Assembly (NCBI GenBank): GCA_964230645.1
Contig: CAXRHT010000001.1
Coordinates: forward strand, 544,001-608,000
DNA from: Bdellovibrionales bacterium
GTDB lineage: Bacteria > Bdellovibrionota > Bdellovibrionia > Bdellovibrionales > JAGQZY01
DNA length: 64,000 nt
Direction: 5' to 3'
Below, one piece after another: positions 9,496 through 18,942 of this stretch. The position numbers were made by a program, and so were the translations under genes. The notes beneath the pieces are model-generated. The model was not told the DNA's origin and ran no database searches. It was given only the letters and a program-made list of their open reading frames with translations. The number at the start of each line of letters is the position of its first letter. Position 1 is the stretch's first letter.

Positions 9496-10158
9496 ATGAC
9501 ACTCTCAAGCAAAATAAAAAAAGCCACTGCAAACCAGCAACTGCTCAACCACCCCTTTTATCAAGACTGGAACCAGGGGAAATTGTCCTTGGACACCTTA
9601 AAAACTTATGCCGGTCAGTACTACTATCACGTCGACAGCTTTCCTCGATACATTAGCGCCACCCATTCCCAGTGTGAAAACATCAACAATCGGAAAATAC
9701 TCCTAGAAAATTTAATGGAGGAAGATGGAATCGAGGCAAGAGCTCATATCCACCTGTGGGCTGACTTCTGCAGGGCTCTCGGTTACTCCGACCAAGAACT
9801 TGGCCAAGACGAACCTTTTGAGTCTATCAAAGACATTATCGAAACTTTTTTTGAGAGCGCCTACTCCTCCTATGAAGAAGGACTTGCAGCTCTGTATGCC
9901 TACGAAAGACAGGTTCCAGAAGTTGCTGAAACAAAAATCGAGGGCCTTAAAAAATTCTATAATATGGACAACCACAAAGCACTGGCTTTTTTTGAGGTCC
10001 ACAAACAGGCCGACATCTACCACCGCAAAGCCTGTGAAGATCTCTTAGACCAAATTCCTGAGAAAAAGCATGATCTCTGCCTTAAATCGGCAAAAGAAGC
10101 CTCTCAATCACTCTGGAACTTTTTAACGGAAGCCCATCGCCTAGAGAAGGTCGCATAG
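9496..10158 (+). CDS. CADD/CT610-like heme-oxygenase-fold dimetal protein (putative p-aminobenzoate synthase)
   Basis: HPFY..W, ENLMEE..., H..LW, ALYAYE, K.EGL and FF.VH..AD..H motifs; lies first in a folate operon. Confidence 0.85.
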   Translation: MTLSSKIKKATANQQLLNHPFYQDWNQGKLSLDTLKTYAGQYYYHVDSFPRYISATHSQCENINNRKILLENLMEEDGIEARAHIHLWADFCRALGYSDQELGQDEPFESIKDIIETFFESAYSSYEEGLAALYAYERQVPEVAETKIEGLKKFYNMDNHKALAFFEVHKQADIYHRKACEDLLDQIPEKKHDLCLKSAKEASQSLWNFLTEAHRLEKVA

Positions 10159-10529
10159 TGCACTCTCAACTTTCAATCCATTCCTATGTGACAAAAGTCT
10201 CTCTTGGATGTTCTCAAGAGGAACGCTCTTCTCCTCAAGAGGTGATTTTCGATATTCATTTTCCGTTTAAGGAACCTCCTCCTGGCGAAATAACCGACAG
10301 GCTTACAGACACCCTTTGTTATGGAGAGGTTTGTGAGCTTGTTGAAAAAACAATAGAAAACAAGAGTTTTCATCTTGTTGAACATATCGCTTGCAAAATA
10401 TCTCATGAACTTAAAATGCATTTTGCAATGAGACCCTTTCATCTTAAGGTTCATAAAGTGAGCCCCCCTATTGAAAGACTCAAAGGAGGAGTCACCTATG
10501 AAATTTTCTATTCCCCAGAAGAAGGCTAA
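10158..10529 (+). CDS. folB: Dihydroneopterin aldolase
   Basis: LGC..EER..PQ.V, D.L..T..Y, F.LVEH.A, K..PPI...GG motifs; operon context. Confidence 0.85.
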   Translation: MHSQLSIHSYVTKVSLGCSQEERSSPQEVIFDIHFPFKEPPPGEITDRLTDTLCYGEVCELVEKTIENKSFHLVEHIACKISHELKMHFAMRPFHLKVHKVSPPIERLKGGVTYEIFYSPEEG

Positions 10530-11760
10530 ATTTCTTTCTCTTGGAAGCAATCAAGGCAACCGCAGAGAGAACCTTATTTTTGCTCTAGATGAAATCAATA
10601 AAGTGGCTCTGATTAAACGACAGTCATCTGTCTATGAAACACCTGCACTACTACCTACAGGAGCTCCGTCAGACTGGAATCGTCCCTTTCTCAATTTGGC
10701 TGTTGAAATCTCAACTGATCGGAGTGCAGAGGATTTCTTACAGATCATCCAAACAATCGAAAAAAAAAGGGACCGAGTCAAAAATAAGAGATGGGCTCCC
10801 CGCCCATTAGATATTGATATACTCCTATGGGACAATGTCGAGATCAATAGTTCTCACTTAAAAATACCTCATCCTGAAATGAATAGACGCTCCTTTGTTC
10901 TCGACCCTTTAAAGGATCTTTCCGCACAGTTTATTACAGCCGCTCGGCGTCTGAGAACTCACTGCCCCCAACTCATGGGAATAGTGAATGTAACACCTGA
11001 CTCATTTTCTGATGGTGGAGAGTTTTTTTCTTATGAGAATTTTTCTCGATGTCTCGATCTTTTAGTGGAAAATTGTGTTGATATCATTGATATCGGTGCG
11101 GAATCGACCTGCCCTGGGGCAACGCCTCTTACCTCTGAGCAGGAATGGATAAGACTCAAACCTTTTTTAGAAAAATTGGCGCCTCTTAAAAATGATCGAA
11201 AGCTCTTCCCACTGATTAGCCTGGACACCTACCATCCAGAAACCGCAAAAAAAGCGATCCCTTATGGAGTTAATATAATCAATGATGTCAGTGGGTTGAA
11301 TGATCCCGAAATGATCTCAGTTTTAAAAGACTCAAATCTTGACTATGTACTCAGTCACAGTCTTGATATTCCTGCAAATCCTGAAAACCACATCGAAGGA
11401 GACCCTATCGACTATTTAAAAATTTGGCTCGAATCGAAATGGGATGTCCTTCAGAGAAACAATATCAACGCTGACCGTATTATTTTTGATCCTGGAATTG
11501 GTTTTGGCAAAAGTTCTCTACAGTCCCAAGAAATTATTAAAAATATGTCAAAGTTTAGAGAACTTCCATTTCGAATTCTAGTCGGTCATTCTCGAAAATC
11601 TTTCTTCTCTACATTCACCCCTGCACCGCCGCAAGAAAGAGACATCGAGACGATTGGCACCTCGATGGCCTTGCTCGATCAAGGGGTCGATATACTTCGT
11701 GTTCATGATGTGAAAAACCATAGAAAAGCGATAAGGGGTTGGCTCCATGCTCGCAGTTAA
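10498..11760 (+). CDS. folKP: Fused HPPK / dihydropteroate synthase
   Basis: LSLGSNQG, RWAPRPLDIDIL and IPHP (FolK), then MGIVNVTPDSFSDGG, DPGIGFGK, GHSRKS and LRVHDV (FolP). ATG at 10498 follows AGGAGG. Confidence 0.93.
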   Translation: MKFSIPQKKAKFLSLGSNQGNRRENLIFALDEINKVALIKRQSSVYETPALLPTGAPSDWNRPFLNLAVEISTDRSAEDFLQIIQTIEKKRDRVKNKRWAPRPLDIDILLWDNVEINSSHLKIPHPEMNRRSFVLDPLKDLSAQFITAARRLRTHCPQLMGIVNVTPDSFSDGGEFFSYENFSRCLDLLVENCVDIIDIGAESTCPGATPLTSEQEWIRLKPFLEKLAPLKNDRKLFPLISLDTYHPETAKKAIPYGVNIINDVSGLNDPEMISVLKDSNLDYVLSHSLDIPANPENHIEGDPIDYLKIWLESKWDVLQRNNINADRIIFDPGIGFGKSSLQSQEIIKNMSKFRELPFRILVGHSRKSFFSTFTPAPPQERDIETIGTSMALLDQGVDILRVHDVKNHRKAIRGWLHARS

Positions 11761-12472
11761 AGCCTACAAAACAAAGATTTTTGGTCTTGGTGAAAACCTT
11801 ATCGACTTTATTATTGGTGAGATTGGTAATGAAATCCAGGAAGAACATGTTCTGGCAATCACTTCAAAAATTGTTTCGCTTTGGGTGAAGCGAGTGATTC
11901 CTAAACACGAGATCAGTAAAGAGGCTCTTATTCGCAAAGAAGCGGACCAGTATTTGGGATGCACCGAATATGGTGTCCACCTTACCTTAAAAGAAAATCA
12001 AATTTTTCCCTCTAGTGGCATTGACGAATCCAACTGCCAAGGCGACTACTGGATTCTTTTTCCAAAAGATCCTTATAGAGTGGCTGAGAAAATTTTAGAG
12101 GAAGTAAAAAAACGGCTAAAATTGGATCGGTTGGGAATTATAATCACCGATTCAAAGACCACTCCACTAAGAAGAGGAGTTACGGGCACGGCCCTAGCCT
12201 ACGCCGGCTTTCAAGGTGTGATTAACAAACGGGGAAGCCTTGATCTTTTTGATCGCCCTCTTAAAGTAACCGAAATAAACCAAGCGGATGCACTAGCGGC
12301 AGCCGCCGTACTCTTAATGGGAGAAGGGGCTGAAGGTAAACCATTAGCCCTTATAAAAACAGAGGTGAGCTTTAAAAAGGTTTCCGCAAAAGAAATTCAA
12401 ATATCCCCCAAGGAAGATCTCTATTCCCCTCTTTTTCCCTATAGTCATCCTGAGCGCAGCGAAGGATCTTAG
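11747..12472 (+). CDS. CofE-like gamma-glutamyl ligase (CT611/FolC2-type putative folate glutamylase)
   Basis: ITSKIVS, SGIDESN, IITDS.TTPLRRG, DLF.RPL, MGEGAE..P motifs; last gene of the folate operon. Confidence 0.85.
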   Translation: MLAVKAYKTKIFGLGENLIDFIIGEIGNEIQEEHVLAITSKIVSLWVKRVIPKHEISKEALIRKEADQYLGCTEYGVHLTLKENQIFPSSGIDESNCQGDYWILFPKDPYRVAEKILEEVKKRLKLDRLGIIITDSKTTPLRRGVTGTALAYAGFQGVINKRGSLDLFDRPLKVTEINQADALAAAAVLLMGEGAEGKPLALIKTEVSFKKVSAKEIQISPKEDLYSPLFPYSHPERSEGS

Positions 12473-12556
12473 ATCTTTCGCTTCGCTCAAGACGACATGT
12501 TTTCGCTCAAGATGACATGTTTTCGCTCAAGACGACACAAATCCACTCAAGATGGG
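12444..12556. repeat. REP-like GTC-tagged palindrome followed by a 20-bp tandem tail (3 copies plus a degenerate 4th)
   Basis: GTCATCCTGAGCGCAGCGAAGGATCT (12444-12469) / AGATCTTTCGCTTCGCTCAAGACGAC (12471-12496). TTCGCTCAAGAYGACA units start at 12482, 12502 and 12522. Confidence 0.85.
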
Positions 12557-13060
12557 TTAGTTGCGGATATTTTTTAGTTTATTAATATACTTCTTTAATT
12601 TTGCTTTATAAGAGCCGTCAGGAGCCCAGCCCACAAATTGAGCCACAAGATCCCCATTACTGAAGAAATAGAACTGAGGGGTTGATGTGAAGTCGAGTTG
12701 ACTGAAAGACTCACCCTCCTTTACCGGTACATGGATTAATTCATGATGTTCATTGTTCCATTCCCGGATGGCTTCAAAATCACTGGCCGCAAGAGAGTCT
12801 CTGACCTTTGTGAGTATTAGGCCATGCTGATTGATATAGTTCTTGGTCTCTTGATCGATCTGGCTTAGAGCCTTTCGGCTGAAATGACAATGGGGGTGAG
12901 CAATAATAACAATTTTCTCCTTCTTTAGATAAAGAGGCTCAACATCCTGGGAGCGAAGTGCATAGTCTTTAGGAGCGCTGGCACATTCAAGAATCAAACA
13001 GCAAGGGAGCATAACTTTTAGAAATAGGGATTTTTTCAAGATTTTGATGTCACACCTCAT
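12557..13060 (-). CDS. Exported thioredoxin-fold protein (CxxS type)
   Basis: Hydrophobic N-terminus with Cys, HPHCHFS, and a TPQFYFF..G cis-Pro loop pattern. Confidence 0.6.
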   Translation of the reverse strand: MRCDIKILKKSLFLKVMLPCCLILECASAPKDYALRSQDVEPLYLKKEKIVIIAHPHCHFSRKALSQIDQETKNYINQHGLILTKVRDSLAASDFEAIREWNNEHHELIHVPVKEGESFSQLDFTSTPQFYFFSNGDLVAQFVGWAPDGSYKAKLKKYINKLKNIRN

Positions 13061-13162
13061 GTTTAAGATAATTATGACGAGGAATGAAAAAAAGTTAAGG
13101 ATTAGAGCAAAGAGTCATTTTGTACTAGAAAAGTTTCTTATCGGTTACTATATCTAAGAATT

Positions 13163-14593
13163 ATGCCAATGAGAATTTTAATGCTGGGGTTCCCCCCACT
13201 CCTCTTACTATTTGAAGCTCTAATGGGGCTCTCCCACCAACTTGAAAATCCAAGTATGGGATTGGTCCTCTTTATGGCGGCTTGGATGGTACTTTGGTGG
13301 ATTTTTGAAATTCTCCCCTTGGGAATCACGGCGCTAGTCCCCCTCTTCTTCCTGCCTTTTTTTAACATACAGGAAATAGGAAGTGTCACACCCTCTTACT
13401 CCAATCCTGTGATCTTTCTTTTTCTTGGAGGCTTTATTATCGCTAGAGCTCTAGAAAAAACTCAACTGGATGAGCGTTTGGCGTTGAATATTCTAAAGAT
13501 CACAGGTCGCACTGACCAGGGAATCATTCTTGGATTTGTATTAGCGACTGCTTTTCTCAGTATGTGGATCTCGAACACAGCCACCACAGTTATGATGGTA
13601 CCCATTGCTCTGTCGGTGCTGCATTTTTTGCGAGATCAACTTGGGAAATCAAACAATTTACAAAATTTCGCTATTGTTCTTTTTCTAAGCCTTGCCTACT
13701 CCGCTAATATTGGTGGCATAATGACTCCCGTTGGAACTCCGCCGAACGTTGTTTTTCTAGGCTTTTTGGATGAACTGTACTCGAAAAAAATAGATTTCTG
13801 GCGCTGGTTAGTAGCCACAGCCCCGGTCGCTCTTACTCTTCTTGCTGTAATGTTCGGTTTTCTGAGGTGGCTCAATCCCTTTACCCTTCCCATTCCGAAA
13901 GATTTTAAAACCTTCATTGGTGAAAGATTAAGAAGTCAGGGAAATCTTTCGGCCGAACAAAAAATAACTATCGCTCTTTTCTTTTTGGCCGCTTTTTTAT
14001 GGATTTTCAAAGGCCTTATCCATTATGTCTTTGCCATCGAATTTTTAAATGATGCCTCGATTGCGATCTTTTGTGGTTTTTTGCTATTTGCCATTCCCTC
14101 ATCCATCAAAACCTATAATACGGTGCTAAAATTAGAGGACGTCTCAAAGCTCCCATGGGATATCGTCCTTCTTTTTGGGGGCGGAATGGCTTTGGCGGGT
14201 GCCTTAAAAGATCAAGGCCTCATTCAGCTTGTCACTCGCTTTTTTACTGAGTTTGGCTTTTCCCACCCCTATTTTTTAATTTTTAGTTTGGCCGCTGTGG
14301 TGCTCTTCTTGACTGAGATCATGAGCAATGTCGCTTTGTGTGTTGTCGCTCTTCCCGTGCTGATGAAACTCGGAGAGTCGCAAGGGCTTGATCCCTTTTT
14401 AGTGGCACTGCCTGCCGCCCTGTGTTCGAGCTATGCTTTTTCAATGCCTGTTTCAACACCTCCCAATGCTATTGTTTTTGGGACTGGAGCTATTAGGATT
14501 CAAGACATGCTAAGAGCCGGAATACTTCTCAATTTCATTGCACTTTTTATAACCATGACTCTTGGGCACCTGCTTACATTTAAGATATTCTAA
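13163..14593 (+). CDS. SLC13/DASS family Na+:dicarboxylate or sulfate symporter
   Basis: SMWISNTATT, GTPPN, TEIMSNVA and STPPNAIVF motifs. Confidence 0.92.
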   Translation: MPMRILMLGFPPLLLLFEALMGLSHQLENPSMGLVLFMAAWMVLWWIFEILPLGITALVPLFFLPFFNIQEIGSVTPSYSNPVIFLFLGGFIIARALEKTQLDERLALNILKITGRTDQGIILGFVLATAFLSMWISNTATTVMMVPIALSVLHFLRDQLGKSNNLQNFAIVLFLSLAYSANIGGIMTPVGTPPNVVFLGFLDELYSKKIDFWRWLVATAPVALTLLAVMFGFLRWLNPFTLPIPKDFKTFIGERLRSQGNLSAEQKITIALFFLAAFLWIFKGLIHYVFAIEFLNDASIAIFCGFLLFAIPSSIKTYNTVLKLEDVSKLPWDIVLLFGGGMALAGALKDQGLIQLVTRFFTEFGFSHPYFLIFSLAAVVLFLTEIMSNVALCVVALPVLMKLGESQGLDPFLVALPAALCSSYAFSMPVSTPPNAIVFGTGAIRIQDMLRAGILLNFIALFITMTLGHLLTFKIF

Positions 14594-14719
14594 TAAAGGC
14601 ACTATCAGCTAGTTTTCAATATCCGCCCAAGCCTTTGTAAATCCTTCCTTTACCTATAGATTTATTTTTTTCATTGGCTCTACTCTCCAGCAGTACTAGA
14701 ACAGGTTGTTATTTTAGAT

Positions 14720-14956
14720 ATGAAGCTCAGTGATTTAAAGAAATTTGAAAAAGCCAAAGTGTTAAGTGTCGACCTGGACCACCAAGCCGTACGCAAGCGC
14801 TTATCCGATCTTGGTCTGCAGCAAGGGCAAGAAGTGACCTGTCTTGTGGGCTCTCCATGGGGCGGAGTGGGCTCTTATCAACTCACAAATGGCGTTTTCG
14901 CTCTAGAAGACTGGATCTGTAAGAAAGTTCAAGTAGAGAAGGTCGACTCCAAATGA
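14720..14956 (+). CDS. feoA: Ferrous iron transport protein A
   Basis: RL.DLGL..G.EV, SPWGG, FAL SH3-like pattern; overlaps the feoB start. Confidence 0.85.
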   Translation: MKLSDLKKFEKAKVLSVDLDHQAVRKRLSDLGLQQGQEVTCLVGSPWGGVGSYQLTNGVFALEDWICKKVQVEKVDSK

Positions 14957-16737
14957 GTTCCATTGCTGTTGTCGGAAAGCCGAATTCTGGAAAAAGTCTG
15001 TTGTTTAACCGCCTCACAGGTCTCAACCAAAAAGTGACAAACTTTCCTGGAATCACCGTTGAGGTCAAAAAAGGGCATCGCAAAGACAAAACCTTTTATG
15101 ATTTTCCGGGGTTCTACAGTTTCTCAGCCCTTACCCAAGATGAGATCGTCTCTGTAGAGCGTTTCACAGAGGCTCTGGATAAAAAGGAAATTTCAAAAAT
15201 CCTCTGTGTTCTCGATTCCACAGAACTGAAATCAAGTCTCCGCATGGGGCTGGAAGTCAGAAAGCAAGCCGCTCAAATGAATGTACCACTGATTTTCGCC
15301 GCCAATATGATTGATGAGCTGGGTGAAAAGGAGTCCATTGACTGGAAAGCTCTTGAGCAAGAACTCGGGGTGCCAGTGATTCCCATATCTGCGAAAACCT
15401 CTCAAGGCTTCAATAATTTATTTCAGGCTCTCGACGGAGATTGCAATCCTCCGCCTTTAGAAGAAGAGGAGGACTATTTCATTAAGGCTCAGAGCCTATG
15501 CAATCGACATGCGCCTTCATTGCAAGGCGCGGCTTCTAAAAAAAGAGGTCTTGATGGCTTTTTCTTATCACCCTTATTTGGATTGATTTCTTTTCTGGTC
15601 ATTATGTCCGTCCTCTTTCAAGCCGTTTTCACTTTTGCTGTCCCCTTTATGGATTTTACGGAAGCGGCGGTAAGCTTCCTAGCCAATCTAGCCTCCAGCA
15701 CACTCCCCGATGGGGCATTCAAAGATTTTGTGGTCGATGCTTTTTTTGGTGGGATCGGTTCCTTTCTCGTTTTCGTTCCCCAGATCTTCTTTTTGACCTT
15801 TATAATTGGGATTCTCGAAGATTCGGGTTATCTCGCTCGCGCCGCAATGCTTTGCCACCGTCCTTTGCGCTACTTTGGTTTATCGGGAAAAAGCTTTATT
15901 CCCATGCTCACGGGCCACGCTTGCGCTATTCCTGCCGTTTACGCCGCTCGCATGATCGACTCTCCTAAAAAACGCTATCTCACCTTATTGATCATTCCAC
16001 TTATGGGTTGCTCGGCAAGACTTCCCGTTTATGCTTTTCTCATTGCAGCGATTATCCCCCAGACCACCTTTCTGGGAGGTCTTATTGGCCTTCAAGGTTT
16101 AGCCCTCTTTTTTATGTATTTGTTTGGAATCCTCGTGGCTTTGATCGTCTCTTGGCTTCTGTCTCGGTCTCGGTATATTAAATCAGAAGACATCCCGTTT
16201 ATTTTAGAACTTCCCCCTTACCGCTTGCCCCACTGGAGACCTTTGATCTCCCGAGCCTTTATGAGTGTGTGGCAGTTTATCCGACGTGCGGGAGGCGTGA
16301 TCTTTACAGTGACTGTGGTGGTTTGGATTTTAGGGTATTTTCCCTCTGGAAATTTAAACTCGTCCTACTTGAGTTATCTCGGCCAAGGGATCGAACCACT
16401 TATTGCTCCCCTCGGTCTTGATTGGAAATACGGGGTCGCCATTCTCACCTCATTTCTAGCAAGAGAAGTCTTTGTCGGGACTCTAGGCACTCTCTTTGAA
16501 ATCGAGAATGCCGAAGAAAATTTCGCCGGCCTTTTGGAAAACGTCCAAAATGCTGGCTTGAGCTTTGCTTCAGGTATGGCGCTTTTAATTTTCTACGCCA
16601 TTGCTCTACAGTGTGCTTCGACTTTTGCTGTTCTTAAAAGTGAATTAGGAAACTATAAAGGGCCCACACTCATTACCGTTGGATATGGCCTTCTGGCTTT
16701 TGTAAGCGCCTGGATCACCTATTTTGCATTGGTCTAA
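14953..16737 (+). CDS. feoB: Ferrous iron transporter B
   Basis: GKPNSGKS, N.PG.TVE, DFPG, NM.D, EDSGYLAR and CSARLPVY motifs. Confidence 0.95.
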   Translation: MSSIAVVGKPNSGKSLLFNRLTGLNQKVTNFPGITVEVKKGHRKDKTFYDFPGFYSFSALTQDEIVSVERFTEALDKKEISKILCVLDSTELKSSLRMGLEVRKQAAQMNVPLIFAANMIDELGEKESIDWKALEQELGVPVIPISAKTSQGFNNLFQALDGDCNPPPLEEEEDYFIKAQSLCNRHAPSLQGAASKKRGLDGFFLSPLFGLISFLVIMSVLFQAVFTFAVPFMDFTEAAVSFLANLASSTLPDGAFKDFVVDAFFGGIGSFLVFVPQIFFLTFIIGILEDSGYLARAAMLCHRPLRYFGLSGKSFIPMLTGHACAIPAVYAARMIDSPKKRYLTLLIIPLMGCSARLPVYAFLIAAIIPQTTFLGGLIGLQGLALFFMYLFGILVALIVSWLLSRSRYIKSEDIPFILELPPYRLPHWRPLISRAFMSVWQFIRRAGGVIFTVTVVVWILGYFPSGNLNSSYLSYLGQGIEPLIAPLGLDWKYGVAILTSFLAREVFVGTLGTLFEIENAEENFAGLLENVQNAGLSFASGMALLIFYAIALQCASTFAVLKSELGNYKGPTLITVGYGLLAFVSAWITYFALV

Positions 16738-16794
16738 ATCTAAGTAGAACTAGAAAATTAAATTGAAAAGTCAAATTCTAGAGGTGCAATCAAA

Positions 16795-16822
16795 TAGGGT
16801 CGACAGAAGAACGCCGACTCTA
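16795..16822. terminator. Possible terminator hairpin between convergent feoB and siderophore receptor genes
   Basis: Imperfect inverted repeat TAGGGTCGAC-N8-GCCGACTCTA; only a short T run on the minus strand. Confidence 0.35.
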
Positions 16823-16851
16823 CTGCAAATCAAAAACGAAAAGGGCTCGCT

Positions 16852-18939
16852 TTAAAAATCGTAGCGAACCCTCACACCATACTCTCTTGGGGTGCTGGTC
16901 TGAAAATAATTGCTTTGATAGGGAGATGTCGTGCTCGTTGGCCGTCCATCATAGATCAAGAACCGTCCATCCAAAAGATTGTTAACATAAGCCTGAAAGA
17001 CCCAAGAGGCCAAGCGGTATTGAGCATTTAAATTGATGTAAAACTGAGAATCCGACTCGCGCGTATTTTCCGCATTATTATAGGATTTCTCAAGATAGCG
17101 AAAGACTGTCAAAAACTGCAAGTCCTCCGTTAAATTCAGAATGTGAGAGAGTCGCCCCGTGAACTGGGGCGCGTAGGGAAACTCATTGCCGTCGTAGTTT
17201 TCACTCAAAGTTTCGAAGTCTTCAAACTCCGTCTGAGTAAAACCCACACCAAAATTTATTTTTTGATTGGAAGTTAAAAGGAATCGAGTTTCGAGCTCCC
17301 CACCAAGGAGGTTTGAGCGTGCGGCGTTTTCAACTTGGGTGTCATAAAAGTTATTTGAGAGCTGGATTTGAACTTGCTGGTCTTTCCATTGAATATAAAA
17401 AAGATTGGCAGAAAATTGAAAGTGAGGGTTCATATACTTATACGATAACTCATAGTTGTCAGTGAATTCTGGATCGTACTCAACAGCCGTAGCTCTTTGC
17501 CTATTAATACTCACTCCGGCAGTACGATAAGCTTTCGTGTAGGAAACACCCCAGCGATGTCTTCCCTGCCCGACCGAGTATCCAATCTTTGGAAGAAAGA
17601 CAAAGTTTGACTGAAAGCCCGAATAGGATCCCGAGACCTGAGCGATATAAGCATCCACTGCTCCATTGGTCGGTCCGCCTAGATCTTGCAGCCTTTCTCC
17701 GTTAACGAAAGTTCCGTACACAGACTCAGCCGCCTCCCCTCGAACTCCCAGAATCAAAGAGTGGTGTTCGTTAAAACGATAGGTAAAGGAATCAAAGACA
17801 GAATAGACCTTGCGTGTTCTTTTCACATCCTGGCCGACATTGACAGGTGTGGACTGGTTGCCTGGGAGGGGGAACAACAAATTAAAGCCATAGTCTTCAG
17901 AAAGTCTGAAGTCATGAAAATGAAGTCCCAGCATATTCTGAACGGACTCGGTTTCGTAATAAAGACGATTCTCTAGAGTGAAAAAGTGATCCTCTCTCAT
18001 TTCATCTCTTCGCCCGGCTACATTCTGAGGCGAGCCATCGGCATCGGAAAAATGATGCTGCCGACTTTTAGAGTAACCCGCGAAAAATTCGTTGCTTGTT
18101 TCAGCGGTAAAATAAGTAGAATAAAGAGAAGAGACTTGATGATTCTCAGTTGTGGTCACAAAATCTTCATCCTCAAAAACTTGAAAGGCGAAAGGGTCGT
18201 CACCCTGGGTATAAGTTCCCCCTTGGTCATTTTTATTATATTTTGCATTTACTTTTAACTCATTGTCTTCACTCATTTGGTAAAGAAGAGTCCCATCCAC
18301 TCTCTGACGTGTGCGTTCTCCCCACTGGTCGTCTCCTCGAGTTTCATTGGTAATATACCCCTCGTTGTTTTCTCCCTCAACGGATAGACGAGTGGCCACA
18401 GAATCACTTAAAGGTGTGTTTAGGCTTAATCCCATCTCTTTATGCCCAAAATTTCCTAGAGTTATTCGGGCCGCCCCTTGGTAGCTGAAAATAGGAGCCT
18501 GATGGAAAAGATTGATTGAACCAGCTAGAGAGTTTATTCCCTGATTGGTCGACTGCGCCCCACGCAAGACCTCAATGCGATCCATATCCCAAAGGTTGAA
18601 ACTGCCCGCCTGTTGAGCCAAATCCGTTTGAAAGAGTCCATCTATCAGTAGACTCGCCAGATCGTCTTTTTGGTAACCGGTCACACCCGAGCTATTGATT
18701 CCCCGAATACTAAAAGATTCGTTGTTGTTGTTGACCTGTACGTTCGGGAGGGCATTGAGAATGTCTAAATCATTCTCACGCCCTGTCGCCGGAAGCTCCT
18801 CACTACCAAGGACTGAAACACTCTCTATGGTTTCTAAAAAAGTTTTGCGCTCTTTGGTCCCTTTAACCTCGATCGTCTCAACAGACGTCAGCTCCTGAGC
18901 TGGAGCGAACGACATCAATATCCACATGAAAAATAACAT
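16852..18939 (-). CDS. TonB-dependent siderophore receptor
   Basis: TonB-box-like ETIEVKG, plug motif RIEVLRGAQST..G..SLAG.IN, C-terminal Phe; last gene of the NIS operon. Confidence 0.9.
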   Translation of the reverse strand: MLFFMWILMSFAPAQELTSVETIEVKGTKERKTFLETIESVSVLGSEELPATGRENDLDILNALPNVQVNNNNESFSIRGINSSGVTGYQKDDLASLLIDGLFQTDLAQQAGSFNLWDMDRIEVLRGAQSTNQGINSLAGSINLFHQAPIFSYQGAARITLGNFGHKEMGLSLNTPLSDSVATRLSVEGENNEGYITNETRGDDQWGERTRQRVDGTLLYQMSEDNELKVNAKYNKNDQGGTYTQGDDPFAFQVFEDEDFVTTTENHQVSSLYSTYFTAETSNEFFAGYSKSRQHHFSDADGSPQNVAGRRDEMREDHFFTLENRLYYETESVQNMLGLHFHDFRLSEDYGFNLLFPLPGNQSTPVNVGQDVKRTRKVYSVFDSFTYRFNEHHSLILGVRGEAAESVYGTFVNGERLQDLGGPTNGAVDAYIAQVSGSYSGFQSNFVFLPKIGYSVGQGRHRWGVSYTKAYRTAGVSINRQRATAVEYDPEFTDNYELSYKYMNPHFQFSANLFYIQWKDQQVQIQLSNNFYDTQVENAARSNLLGGELETRFLLTSNQKINFGVGFTQTEFEDFETLSENYDGNEFPYAPQFTGRLSHILNLTEDLQFLTVFRYLEKSYNNAENTRESDSQFYINLNAQYRLASWVFQAYVNNLLDGRFLIYDGRPTSTTSPYQSNYFQTSTPREYGVRVRYDF

Positions 18940-18942
18940 TTT

